DNA of 64,000 nucleotides, taken from assembly GCF_963921235.1 (NCBI RefSeq), contig NC_086109.1:28646001-28710000 (forward strand), in the 5' to 3' direction. The translations under genes were made by a program, and so were the position numbers. Origin of the DNA: Mobula hypostoma (Eukaryota). Below, one piece after another: positions 1-12,222 of the stretch (positions are counted from its first letter, which is position 1; the number at the start of each line of letters is the position of its first letter). Below the pieces are notes generated by a model that saw nothing but the letters and a program-made list of their open reading frames with translations, was not told the origin of the DNA and made no database searches.

Positions 1-571
1 TTAAATTCATAACCCTTAGGGACAGAAGGAAATCGTTTCTTCAAACTGTCAGGGTGTCTCATGGCTTTATAAACCTCTTCCATATGATTCATCCTGGGGT
101 GAAGCTCATTGATGTAATAGCATATGATGAATCAGACAATAATATTGATGTGACTTGTTCCAAATTGGAAATATCCTGTGTACCATAGTGACCTTGATAG
201 GAATAGGCTGTGCAACCCATGGTCTGGTCTAGATCTCCAGTGTGGCTGTAGTCAGTGCCTATGCCCCACTGGGCACTCCACTGTGAAGCATTGATACGTG
301 ATATGTTACTCCTCAGTCAGAATGAGGAAACAAGGAAGTGTTTTATGAAAACATTAATAAAACCAGCTGTCTGGTGGGTCTTTTCAGTTTTCCTAACTTC
401 TGTGTATTTGATCATCCCCGACTCTCTCAGCGAATGAACACTCCAACACAGATCAAAAGATGTTTTACTGTTGTGTATTACCCCAATTTGCACAAAAAAA
501 AGCCTAGATGTTAACCTAACAGGAGAGATCAGCAACCAACCAGCATGAAGGAAATGACCTTAGTGACATGC

Positions 572-1102
572 CGTAAGGTTTCACTGCTAATGTAATGGCT
601 TCTCTGTAATGTTCCACTGCTAAGGTAATGGTTTCTCTGTGGTAGAAATGTTTGGGTTATGACTAAAGATAACGGGGCATGTTAGACAATGAGCTGGGAG
701 CTGGGCATTCGCGGTCCTTCGCCGGGGAGCGATGAGGAGAGAAGACGCTAATGGAGAGAGTTGGTAGACCGCCGGACGGAGTGGATTTGGAGCAAGGGTC
801 CGAAGGTCAGCGACGATTGAAGGAGGTCGATAGTGAACGAACGGCCTTATCAGTGAGCTCCAAAGTTTGCTCATTAGACTGTTTCATGAGAATGGGGCCT
901 TTTAATGTTTTCTTTACTAACCCTATAGTCAAAATAAGAATTATAGAGCTGAATCATTTGTGTACTTTTTGGTATTTTGTGGTACTGATTTGTAACAGGG
1001 GACACATCACGCAGCATCCACCCAGACAAGATTTCTTAAGTTTGGCCGGGCCGGGGGGCTATCATCCCCTAGATTAAACTGCTAGCCGAAGCAAGAGTTA
1101 CA
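572..1102. mobile_element. Solo-LTR-like element (probably Gypsy-type)
   Basis: Starts CGTAAGG (likely a mutated TGTAA end) and ends GAGTTACA at 1102. CpG-richer than flanks, with an internal imperfect repeat CACTGCTAA-GTAATGG-TTCTCTGT. No clean TSD seen. Confidence 0.5.
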
Positions 1103-1454
1103 CCTTCGTTAATAGCAGCTGAGTGAAGTCATTAGTTAGTGGATCTCATGGTCAGATAGCTATTGGCTCAATGGAATTTTTCAATTTCACCAGAGAACCA
1201 ATCAGAGTAGGGCACTTATGACACATTATTTACATGCTTACCAGGTGCATCTTGAGGTATTTTGTGGAATGCCCAACCAAATAGAACAGAGTTCAAACTG
1301 TGTTAGAATACTCCCTACATGCACTGTGTTGAACCTTTCATTTCCAAATTGAAAATTAGAAATTATGTTAGTGTTTTTTATTCTATATACAGAAGTGTCC
1401 CAATCAAATTTTAATCATTTGAAAGCTTATTCAACCTAACCAGTTTGATTGTTC

Positions 1455-2055
1455 ATATACTGGAAGCTAAGGCTTTATAAGGCATTGGTCAGATTGGACT
1501 TGGAGTACTGTGAGCAGTTTTCGACCCCTTATCTAAGAAAGGATGTGCTAGCATTGGAGAGAGTCCAGAGGAGGTTCATAGAAATGATCCCGGGAATGAA
1601 AGGGTTTATGTATGAGGAGAATTTGATGGTTCTCATTCTGTAGTCACTGGAGTTTAGGAGTATGATGGGCAATCTCACTGAAACCTATCAAATATTAGAA
1701 AGCTTAGGGAGAGTGGGCATGAAGGGGATGTTTCCTGCAGAGGGGGAGTCTAGAACCAGAGGGCACAATCTCAGGATACCAGGGTGTCCCTTTAGAACAG
1801 AGATGAAGAAGAATTTCTTTAGACTGAGGGTGGTGAATCTGTGGAATTCATTGCCACAGATGGCTGTGTGGTCTAAGTCATTGGATTTATTTCCAGAGGA
1901 GGTTGATAGATTCTTGATTAGTAAGGGCATCAAAGGTTACAGGGAGCGGGCAGGAGAATGGAGTGGAAAGGGATAATAAATCAGCAACGATGGAATGGTG
2001 GAAATGACTTGATAGTCCGTATGGCCTAATTCTGTTCCTATGCCTTATGGTCTTA
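1455..2055 (+). mobile_element. CR1 LINE 3' fragment
   Basis: Frames give LYKALVRLDLEYCEQF..PYLRKDVLALERVQRRF and SRTRGHNLRI..FF..RVVNLWNSLP (CR1 ORF2 C-terminus), followed by a CR1-type 3' UTR ending CTTATGGTCTTAT. Confidence 0.92.
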
Positions 2056-2718
2056 TAATTAATTTCATTGAGCTTGTGGTTCTGCAGGTAATAGAGGTTT
2101 TCGAGAGAGCCAGACTTAGAATTTTAGACTCCTCCTGTTGAGCACATGATCCTTGAAATTACTTCCATATACTACTGCTATTTTACAAGCCAGAGATATT
2201 GCAGGTATTGCAGAGAACATTTTCTATTGATGGATGTTTTATTTTGCCTTAATTGTGTGTGAATTCAATTATTGATCACAAGTAAAACTGGTGGCTCCAT
2301 CTTTAAGATGTTTTTCATTTTTTGTTACAATTAAATGGGCCTGTTAAATTTAAATTGAGCTTGCAACGATGGCACATCTTTTACTGTCATTACAAGTCTG
2401 CCTTTACCAGCTGGGATACGCATTAAAAATGCAGACAGTGCACTGTTCTAAATGTTTCCAGTCTGGCTGAGAGGTACTCAGTGTAAATTGAGAATGCCAG
2501 ACTGATTTAATTCATCTTGAACTGTAAATCTTGTGTCCCTTGCCTGCATTAATGGGTCAGGAGGAGGTTATAGTCTGAATTTTGCAGTAAGCCTCGGCTG
2601 TAAATGCAATGGGATCTAAAAATAACAGTATTTAATAAGCAAATGTCACAAAATTAAGTGGATACTATAGCTTATATCGTAGCTCAGAATTCAGATGCTT
2701 TAATGTGTACATCGTCAT

Positions 2719-3280
2719 TCAGAATGTGATACAATAGGCAGGGGAATGGCCAAAAAAGGCAATGGGTATACCCTTTTCTGGAGAGGTGAAGCAAACGAGG
2801 AATCTGTCTTCACGGAATGAGCTAGTCCAGTGTTTCATCATGTGCATTGGATGAATGCCTTTTGACTCTGAATCACTCATAAACGGAAGCAGTGTGGTCA
2901 TCAGTGCAGATGCTCTTAACCTTGAAACATTGAATGAGGACTTCTGCAAGTTTGAGAAATTCTTCTTCAAATGCCAAAGGTAGAAAAACTTATCCTCCTG
3001 GCTGACTTCAGTGGCAGGGTGAAAAAGGGTATCTACTCTTTGGTGGGACATGATCTGCAAGGAAGGAACAGGAAAGGTCAAGTCTAGCCTCTCCTTTTCT
3101 TGACAAAATGGATAAGGTACAGCCTTGCCATAATAACCTGTTTTGTCAAATAGATATGTACAAGACCACGTAGTGACTCCTTTGTCCACATACTAGTAAA
3201 TGCTGACAATATCACCATCTGATTGCGGAACTGCAGAGATAATCACGTCATCCAATGCCATGATAGCTGCTGAGAAGATG
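2719..3280 (-). pseudogene. Candidate decayed tyrosine-recombinase (integrase-like) gene, C-terminal part
   Basis: Frameshifted minus-strand motifs in order: YCQHLLVCGQRS (CGQRS at 3190-3176), DKTGYYGKA, EDKFFY, VSRLRAS, MSDSESKG..MMKH..EDRF. Family resemblance is from memory and unverified. Confidence 0.4.
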
Positions 3281-4176
3281 AACCAACATTTCACTTGTGG
3301 AACCAGAGTAGACAATACACTTGACCACTGTTATAACACCATCAAGAAAGCTTACTGTGCTGTCACACGCCCACACTTTGGAAAGTCTGATCCTGCTTTC
3401 TCTGGCGGACAGAGCGTAGATGCTCAGCAAAGCGGTCTCCCAGTCTGCGTCGGGTCTCACCAATATATAAAAGGCCACATCAGGAGCACTGGACGCAGTA
3501 TATCACCCCAGTCGACTCACAGGTGAAGTGTTGCCTCACCTGGAAGGACTGTTTGGGGCCCTGAATGGTGGTAAGGGACTACAGCTCAGTGTTTATCACA
3601 ATTACACCTTCAGTTCTGATCAACAAGCTCCAAAACCTGGGCCTCTGTGTGCAAACTTCCATAGATGTACCATGGAGGGCATTCTATCTGGCTGCATCAC
3701 CACCTAGCATCGAGGGGCCACTGCACAGGATCGAAAAAAAGCTGCATGAAGTTGTTAACTCAGCCAGCTCCATCAAGGTCACTAGCCTTGCCAGCATCGA
3801 GGACACCTTAAAAAGGCAATGCCTCAAGAAGGCGGCATCCACCATGATCTCCATCACCCGGGACAAGCCCTCTTCTCATTGCTACCATCAAGGAGGAGGT
3901 ATAGGAACGTGAAGATGCACTCAGCGTTTCAGGAACAGCTTCTTCCCCTCTGCTGTCAGATTTGTGACTGAACAATGGACCCATCAACATTAAATCACAA
4001 TTTTTTCTCTCTTTTATTTACTACTTACTTACTTTATTTTTTATTTTTATTTTCTATTGTAATTTATAGTTTATTTAAAAAAATATTATGTATTGCAATG
4101 CGCTGCTGTTGTAAAATAACAAAACAACAAATTTCACAACATTTGTCAATGATATTAAATCTGAGTCAGATTCTGA
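3281..4176 (+). mobile_element. Rex1/Babar-type LINE, internally deleted
   Basis: NTLDHCY..RPHFGKSD (endonuclease), DYSSVF.TITPSVLINKLQNLGL (RT), SIEDT..QCLKKAAS (C-terminus), and a CTGAGTCAGATTCTGA tail. Confidence 0.85.
3388..3578 (-). mobile_element. Penelope GIY-YIG endonuclease fragment embedded in the Rex1 element
   Basis: Reverse complement closely matches the GIY-YIG coding segments at 36360-36545 and 39780-39960. Confidence 0.88.
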
Positions 4177-4520
4177 ATGTGAGATCACTGTTTAGAAATG
4201 CAGTGGTACTCTAGGCACACGATGTTATCACTCTGTTGACCAGGCTTTGCACAACGAAATACCTTTCTGGTGTGTGCTCTTCCATTGTGGACCATAGCAG
4301 CAATAACTTTAAATGCTTGACTTTGTGTCCATTGGGAATTGATCTCCTAATTTCTCGGAAGGACCTTGTATTCCTGGTGCAACACTCTCCAAATGCGTTC
4401 AACAAAGTGATCTGCTGCTATCAAATATTTCACTTCACTAGTTTGGATTCACTAGCGAGAATGTTCGGGTTCCCTAAAACATATTGCTGCAGCAACATTG
4501 TCTCACTCTCTCTTTCCATA
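4177..4520 (-). pseudogene. Possible N-terminal continuation of the decayed recombinase-like gene
   Basis: Long, nearly open minus-strand frame EVKYLIAADHFVERIWRVLHQEYKVLPRN*EINSQWTQSQAFKVIAAMVHNGRAHTRKVFRCAK directly beyond the Rex1 tail. Confidence 0.25.
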
Positions 4521-4879
4521 TTTCAGTGCCCATACATTCAGTGGCAACATTCACTGCCAGTTGAAAGGATGTTCCTTTAACTGCGGGCTGAAAAGAATTG
4601 CACTTGCTGGACTCTGTGCTGATAGGTATGAGAATTAGCAGTACATCAATAGGGGCGACCAGCAATCAAGGGAAAAATGCTGCATTACACAGAGAAACCC
4701 AACAACACATCTATAGTTCCTGCTCTTTATGTGACTTTCACAAGACTATTATATTGGTTTCAGTTTAAGAAAAAGGCACTGTCCAATGTTTAGGTCTATG
4801 AATTCTTGCTGGTGAAAGTTAAATGACAATACAAAAAAAGATATCTGCCATTACATTTTTATTAAATTTCAAATTTGAC

Positions 4880-6040
4880 TGAGTCTTTTTTGAGTAGATA
4901 ACATGAAAGATGGACGAAGGCAGGGCAGTGGATGGGGTCTGCATGGAGCTTAGAAAGATCCCACATGGATGTTTGGTAAGATCCCACATGGAAGATTAAG
5001 GTACATTGGATCCAAAATATTATTGTGACAGGAAACAGAGCGTGGTGGTTGAAGGTTACTTTTCTGATTGGGCTCTGTTACCAGTGGTGTGCTTGAGGAA
5101 TCGGTACCAAGAGTTCCTATTGTTCACAATACATTTTGACTTGGATGTTAATGTACAGAGGGTGTAAGTTTGCAGACAGCATGAAAATTGGTGGTGATGT
5201 GGATAACAAGGAAACTTGTTTAAGGCTAGAGGAAAATATAGATCAGATGGAAAGTTGGGCAGAATGTTAGCAGGTAAAATTTAATCTGGACAGGTATGAG
5301 GTGATGTGTTTTGGGAAGTCAGGTAGAGGTGGAACATACAATATGTAGTAAATGGTAGAGTGCTAAGCAATGTTTTTGATAGTGATACCTGTGGTTCAAG
5401 TCTATTGTTCCCTGAAAGTGGTAACACAGATAGATGAGTGGTGAAGGATGTATATAGCATACAAAAAATATAAAAATTGGGAGTTTATGTTGAAACTACA
5501 TAAAATACTAGTTAGACTGCATTTGAAATATTTTGCACAGTTGTGGTCACCTCACTAGAGGGTGGGTGTGATTGCACAAGGAAAATGTCCAGAATATTCC
5601 TCAGGATGTTGGCTGGATTGAAAAGGTTTAGTGGTGGGGGAGGGGCTAGCAGAGGCAGTGACTGGATAGGCTGGGCTTGCTTCCCTGGAGTGAAGAAAGC
5701 TGATAGAAGTTTACAAAAATTAAAAGGGAGATGCTGTAGATTAAAGGAATAGTCAGAAACAAGGGTATCAAAATCAATAAGATGTAGGCTACAGTCAGGA
5801 GAAGTTTTAAAAGGGATTTGAGGGAATTATTATTTTACACAAGATTTGATATTTGGAACTTCTTGCCGGAGGAGATGGGAGAATTAGATGCAATCACTAT
5901 ATTTACCAAACATTTAAACAGGTTCTTATAAAGGCAAGGAATGGAAGAATATAAATCTAATGATAAAAACTGGGATTAGTCTCGCGAGGGTAAAGATCAG
6001 CATAGATGTGATGGGCCAATGGACTCATTTCTATGCTCTA
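4880..6040 (+). mobile_element. Old degraded CR1 LINE (RT to 3' end)
   Basis: Remnants of GTTACCAGTGGTGTGC (VTSGVP), AAGTTTGCAGAC (KFAD), CTAGTTAGACTGCATTTGAAATAT (LVR.HL.Y) and a CR1 3' UTR; many frameshifts. Confidence 0.8.
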
Positions 6041-6229
6041 TAACTGAACATAAACTATGCATTTTTTCTCTACTTACACTGTGCCATCAAGTCAATACCG
6101 AAAAATAAATGTTCAATGTACAAAACCCAGAATGATGCAAAATCAAGTTTCTTTAGAGATTCTGGCAAGACATCAAAAGTATAAGTGAAAGCCATCCCAT
6201 GGAGAAATTTCATAAACTGATTGAGACTA

Positions 6230-6600
6230 TAAAGCAAAAAACAACTTTCATTTAAAAAGTGCCTTCACAGCCATTGGAGGCCCCAAAGCAATTTGCAGCC
6301 AATTAACTACTTCGACTGGTGAAAAATTTTGCTGTAAAATACAAAACCTAGCAGCCAATTTGCACACAGTAGGGTCACAGAAGTAGCAGTCTGAGAATGA
6401 TCAGATGACCTGCTCTGATTGTTGTAAGCCAAGTGACAGACACCAGGGAGACATCACTTACTTCGCAAATCATATGTCAATATTACACCTGAAAGGGCAG
6501 TCTCTGGACTTTGGTCCAAAGACATCTAAAAGATGTTACTTCAGTGCAGCACTCACTCAGTTCTACATCTCAGTTCCGGTTTCAGTCTTGCTTTCCAATG
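6230..6600 (-). mobile_element. Ancient DeuSINE (SacSINE1/AmnSINE-like) remnant
   Basis: Colinear motifs AACAACTTTCATTTA..GCCTTCAC..CCCAAAGC..CAGCCAAT..CAGCCAATTTGCACACAG..GACACCAGGGAGA..CAGTGCAGCACTC, also present at 16380-16870. Confidence 0.6.
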
Positions 6601-6884
6601 AAGGACTGATGCACTACAATGACAGGACATTTAGCTGCCAAAAGTGAAGCAAGTCCTAAGCTTACTTGGATAGGTAATGTGGATATATAGCACTTACTGA
6701 TTAACTTAGAGGGCCAAATCTGTCAATTCATTCTGTAGTGGTCACAATATGAAATCAAATGGGGCAGCTCAGTCTGCTGGGGATCCCCAGTTATGATTGA
6801 AGTGGAGATTGTACACCTGCTTAAAATGCATATAAGTTATTTTTAAAGCTTTTAATAATTTTATAAATAACTATTTTCTAATTT

Positions 6885-7020
6885 ACAGGAAAGAAATGGA
6901 GGGTTATGAGCTAAGTGCTGGTCAGTGGGACTAGGTGAGAGTAAGAGTTCAGCACGGACTAGAAGGGCCCAGATGGCCTGCTTCCGTGCTGTAATTGTTA
7001 TATGGTTATGTGGTTATATA
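6885..7020 (+). mobile_element. CR1 3' UTR terminal fragment
   Basis: ATGGAGGGTTATG..GGGCCCAGATGGCCTG..GTGCTGTA followed by a TATATGGTTATGTGGTTAT tail. Confidence 0.75.
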
Positions 7021-7142
7021 ATTTTTGTAATAATAATAATTTTGTAATACTAATAATTGTAAATTATTGAAACTCCAATTCCAATTCCAGTAAAATTAGT
7101 TTGCATCAGTAAAACTCTTTTGAATTATTCATGCATATTTTA

Positions 7143-7615
7143 GTTACAGAGAAAATTTACAAGGATGGTGCCAGGATTGAAGTATATGAGTTGTAAGGAA
7201 AGATCGAATAGGTTAAGGCTTTATTCCTTGGAACATAGAAGAGTGAGGAGAGACTTGAGTGATGTATACAAAATTATGAAGGGTACAGATAGGTTCAATG
7301 CAAGCAGGCCTTTCCACTCAGGTTGGGTGGGACTACAACTAGAGGTCATTGGTTGAGTAAAATGTGAAAGGTTTAAGAAGAACATGAGGGGAAAACTCTT
7401 CACTCAGAGAGTTGTGAGAATGTGCAATGAGCTGCCAGTGCAAGTACTACATGCCGTCTTGATTTCAGCTTTTAAGAGACGTTTGGATAGGCACTTGATG
7501 GTAAGGGTATGGAGGGCTGTAGTCCCTGTGCAAGTCGATGGGAATCGGCAGTTTAAATGGTTCTGCATGGACTCGGTGGGCTGAAGGTCTGTTTCTGTGC
7601 TGCACTCTTCTAAGA
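7143..7615 (+). mobile_element. CR1 LINE 3' fragment
   Basis: RLRLYSLEHRRVRRDLSDVYKIMKG and FTQRVVRMCNELP, then a CR1 3' UTR. Confidence 0.9.
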
Positions 7616-7719
7616 CTCTGATTAGTTTGTATCTTTGTATGGTAGTCTTAGTAGTACTTTGTTATCTCTGAGTTGAGAGATATATGAACATTTTAAAAAA
7701 TCAATGAGAGCATTCAAAA

Positions 7720-9448
7720 GCCTCATGGAATAGATTCTACAATCTTATCTTACATTCAGAACAATAAAAATCCTAGATTGAGTAAACCTTTATTACAGAA
7801 ATTAAAAAAGGATGGTGGCATCGCTTTGCCAAATTTTAGAATGTATTATTGGGCAATTAATATTCGATATATTATTTTTTGGATTCATTACTCAGGCTTA
7901 CATGAATGTTCTTCACGGTTGGATTTGGAGGAAAACTCAGTGAAGGGGTTGTCTTTGGCCTCTTTACTGGGAGTTCCTCTTCCCTTTTTTGTTTTCTAAG
8001 ATTAGTAGACAAGACTTTAATCCTATTATTAAACATACTTTAAGAATTTGTTTTCAGTTTCGTAGATTTTTTGAGTTAAATAATTTTGTTCTTTCTAGTA
8101 ATATCCATTTTGATTATTTTTTTAAACCATCAATTTTGGATAAGACCTTTTTAATTTGGAAAACCAAGGGAATAACAACTTTTTCAGATTTGTTTCTACG
8201 GGACTGTTTAATGTCTTTTTCTCAGTTAGTGGATAAATATGGTTTATCCAATGAACATTTCTTTAGATATTTACAAATTAGGAATTTTTTACCTGGTTTG
8301 CTGCCAATTTACCCTTCTGCTTATCCACCTAATATGACAGATGCTCTTTTTCAGCTTAAACCACTTCAAAAGGGGTTGACAGCTATAATTTATAAACGGA
8401 TATTGAATTTACGAATGATATCTAACGATAAAATTAAAAGTGCTTGGGAATTGGAAGTTCAAGAGTCATTTTCAGATAATCAATGGAGTAGAATTCTTCA
8501 TTTGGTTAATAACTCATCTATCTGTGCCTGTCATTCCTTGATACAGTTCAAGGTAGTGCATCAGGCCCATATGTCAAAGGATAAACTAGCATGTATTTTT
8601 TCCAACATCAATCCTATTTGCGACAGATGTAATAATGAGGTGGCCACTTTAGCTCATATGGACCTACAACCTGATTTACTTACAGCAATATTTGGGATTA
8701 CCCATCGAAACCAGGAAATATTCCTGTTTCTGCTTAATGTATGATAGCCTTTTCAACTTCATTGGCTAGGAGAGCCATTTTACTGAAGTGGAAGGTTTCT
8801 AAACCACCTACTGTTTCTTTTATTGGCTTTCCTCCATTATGTCCTGTTTAAGTTTAGAGAAAATAAGAAGTCGGACATTTGATATATCGTTTAAATTTGA
8901 GCAAATCTGACGAACTTTTATTCAAGATTTTCATTTAATTTGATTTATTACTCTTCTGATTTTTTTTGAAGTTTTAGATTTGATTAGAAAGTCTTTCTTT
9001 TTTTTTTGGTTGTATCCTCAGAATGGACTGCCCAGTCCTTTTTTTTTGTACAGTGTAGTGGGGGTCTTTTTTTCTTCATTTAAAATTCAAAGTTTTTTTC
9101 TTTCCTCTTCATGAACTGATAAAAGGAGAATTGCTGTTTTCTTTTTTATTATATATTATATACTAGCTTAACACTATGTATGATTTTGATAATGTCTACT
9201 TCAATCTCTGTTTGTATTGTTATAGGCTGGTCCTGGACTTATTTCCTGGCATCATTTACATATTACTATTTAAATATTTATGGTTTTATTACTATTTATT
9301 ATTTATGGAGAAACTGTAACAAAAACCAGTTTCCCCTGGGATCAATAAAGTATGACTATGACTTATTGAGATATATATATTTGAGATAATTCTCCTCTTG
9401 TTTGTATTTATGTTCCTTTTAAATCAATAAAAAGATTAATAAGGAAAG
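7720..9448 (+). mobile_element. 5'-truncated L1-clade LINE with 14-bp TSD
   Basis: ORF2 remnants GGIALPNFRMYYWA, FFRYLQIRNF, LIQFKVVH..CDRC..ATLAHM (C-terminal Cys/His region). A-rich end with AATAAA. TSD GAGAGCATTCAAAA at 7706-7719 and 9449-9462. Confidence 0.93.
9219..9363 (+). mobile_element. Short LINE 3' end (Rex1/L2-like) nested in the L1 3' UTR
   Basis: Ends TTTCCCCTGGGATCAATAAAGTATGACTATGACT (hairpin, AATAAA, short tandem tail); TATTG occurs on both sides. Confidence 0.6.
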
Positions 9449-10429
9449 GAGAGCATTCAAAACCCAGTAATGTTTTGACTCCAATTTTGCTGGCTATTGA
9501 CAAGTTTTGGGGGGTTTCTGATGTTCTGGGTGAATCACTCCAAACTTCACTGCCTGGATAATACAGCTACACCACAGAGTGAGAGCAGACCAAGGCATGC
9601 ACCTTGGGTAAATGGAAAGATGTGGAACCATTGTGATTGATGCCCAGTGGAGGGACTGGGCCAAAATGATCTGACACAATATCCATTCCCAATCATGCCA
9701 CAACTATATAATGGTCTTTATTTAAGATCAACTCTGATCTATATTACATGCTTATAGAAGGCAGGTATTAACTGATCAAATCATAAATGGAAGCTTTAAT
9801 CTCCTCTATTAACTTTGGAAATACTTCTTCACCTTCCAATAATTTAATTGGTAAAATTTCAGTAAGTCTCCATATTTTTCTCAAGCGCTTTCTTCTTAGT
9901 TAGTAATGTGAATAAAGCAGATGGCAGGTACTGTTTGTTTGGGGAAGATTACAAGTGCTGTATAGATCCAACTAATTCTGCATTTATATGAATTAATTGT
10001 AGAAAAGTAAGGAGTATGTGTTTATTTTATATTAGTCCTTTCCTCTTTTCAGAAGCCAAAACTTTATACTGAGGCAATATAGACACTAATCCATCCCAGT
10101 ACAGGTGGAATCTGTCAAATGAAATTTTTAAATATATGATTGGGACAGAGGGTTTATGTTAGTGTGGGTGGTGAGGGAAGACGTTTTATCTCAGCTTCTC
10201 CTACACTCGATAGCAACAAAAGCAGTTTGGAACAAAATAAGTCGGGATCTATATCCTTGAGCTTCCTCTACCATTTAATAAAATTGCGGTTGGCTCTTTG
10301 TTTCAAGTCCAACTGATTCTCTGATTTCCGAAACATTTATCAGTCTCAGCTTCGAATACACTTCATGATTGAACATGCATGATTCATTTAAATAGGGAAT
10401 TCCAAATTTTTACAATCCCTCATGACTGA

Positions 10430-10932
10430 CAGCGGGAGAGTTGCATGGTATTGGTTGTAGTGCAGACCAGGCCCTTCTAATGCGACTTCGCATGTTGCAG
10501 CCACCCAGGGGAGGAGGTGCCAGAAAGAGTATGGGAGAGATCAGACATATGGCAGGCACGCTGGAAGCTGTAATGGGTTATGGGCTGACCCCTGCAGGCT
10601 GACTTTACTGTCAGTGCTGCTCTCCAGTGTTTGTTCCCTGGAAGACAACTTGGATTCTCTTCATCTGCAGCTGACCCAATGCAAAATAAGGAACTGCTGC
10701 AGATTTTTTCTTGCAGAAACATGGCTCCTGGACAGCATCTCATGCACCATTGATCCACAAGCCTCGTCAATCAGAGACTTGAGTTAGTAATATTTTTGTG
10801 ACCGTATGTGCTATCGGTGACTGTGAGCTATGTTTGATACTGTATTTAGTACCTTAGCCCCAGAAGAATAGTGTTTCATTTAGCTGTATACATGTACTGT
10901 ATATAGTTGAATGACTATGAACTTAAACTTGA
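10430..10932 (+). mobile_element. Degraded non-autonomous retroelement with LINE-like tail
   Basis: 3' part ACCTTAGCCCCAGAAGAATAGTGTTTCATTT..GTTGAATGAC..AAACTTGAA resembles 57440-57515 and the reverse complement of 53805-53858. Confidence 0.45.
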
Positions 10933-11069
10933 AGTAAAGGTATTTCTCTTCTTCTCAATTCTAATTTGTTGACACCTGACCCTGACAGCGTGCCCCTGTC
11001 GCCAGAATTGTGGCTCATGGAAATAGCATTTCAGCGTTTTTTCATTCCAGGTTACTACAGAATCTTCTA

Positions 11070-11740
11070 TGTCTTAGTGAGAAAAAGCTATAGGCCAAAG
11101 CTATTGCTCAACTCATTCATGCCTACCAACTTGTTGAAACTTGATGAACTAATCTAGTTCTGTTCACCTGAGCTTGGCTCATATGCCTTTAAAACTTCCT
11201 CATCCATGTACCTGTCTGAATGTCTTTTAATGTCATAATTATACCTGTTTCTAATACTTCCTCTGCCTGCTTGTTTCACTTATTCACCACTCCTTATGAA
11301 AATGTTGCCCCTCAGGTCCATTTTAAATCTAGTCTTTCTTACTTTAAACCCATGTCCTCAATGTCTGGACTCCTCTACCCTGGAGAGACAACTTTGGTTA
11401 TTCACTATCATCTCTGCCCCTCATGACTTTGTCAACCTCTTTCAGGTCACCACTCAGCGCCCTACACTCCAGGACATAAAAGCACAATCTATCCAGCTTC
11501 TCCTTATAACCCCAGCTCTCAGGTCCAAGCAACAATCTGGTAACAATCTCCTTTACCGCTATCTTCAGTTTAACAACATCTTTCCAATCACAGGATGACT
11601 GGAATTGTACACGGTACTTGTATAGCTGTAACATGACCTTCCAATTCCTGCACTCAGAATTCTGTCAGGTGAAAGCAAGTATGCCTTCTTCACCATCCTG
11701 TCTACCTGTGTTGATGCTTTCAGGGAGCATTGTACCTGCA
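11070..11740 (-). mobile_element. CR1 LINE 3' fragment
   Basis: Minus-strand ORF ..RVQFQSSCDWKDVVKL..YKEKLDRLCFYVLECRALSGDLKEVDKVMRG. Confidence 0.85.
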
Positions 11741-11814
11741 TTCTTGCACAAGTTGGCCTCTTATTCTTATAAATTCCAAAAACTGTAAACCATCCTTCCT
11801 AAATCTCTCTTCAA

Positions 11815-12222
11815 AGAATGAGAGGAGATCTTATAGAAACATATAAAATTATGGAAAGAATAGATAAGATAGAGGCAGGAAAGTTGTTTCCACTGGTGGA
11901 TGAGACTAGAACTAGGAGACATAACCTCAAGATTTGGGGTATTAAATTTAGGATGGAGGTGAGGAGGAACTGCTTTTCCCCAAGAGTGGTGAATCTGTAG
12001 AATTCTCTGCCCAACGAAGTAGTAGAGGCTACCTTAATAAATATATTTAAGACGAGGTTAGATAGATTTTTGCATAGTAGGGGAATTAAGGGTTATGGGG
12101 AAAAGGCAGGTAGGTGGAGATGAACCAATGTTCAGATCACTCACGATCTTATTGAATGGCAGAGCACGCTCGATGGGCCAGGTGGCCCACTCCTGCTTCT
12201 ATTTCTTATGTTTTTATGTTCT
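11815..12222 (+). mobile_element. CR1 LINE 3' end (relatively young)
   Basis: MRGDLIETYKIM..LFPLVDETRTRRHNLKI..FSPRVVNL, with a TTCTTATGTTTTTATGTT tail. Confidence 0.93.

Noticed and set aside
7989..8744. Longest ORF (251 aa) as a host gene
   Set aside because: It is the C-terminal part of L1 ORF2, frameshifted from 7778-7999, with an apparent internal deletion after ATLAHM, and lies inside a TSD-bounded L1.
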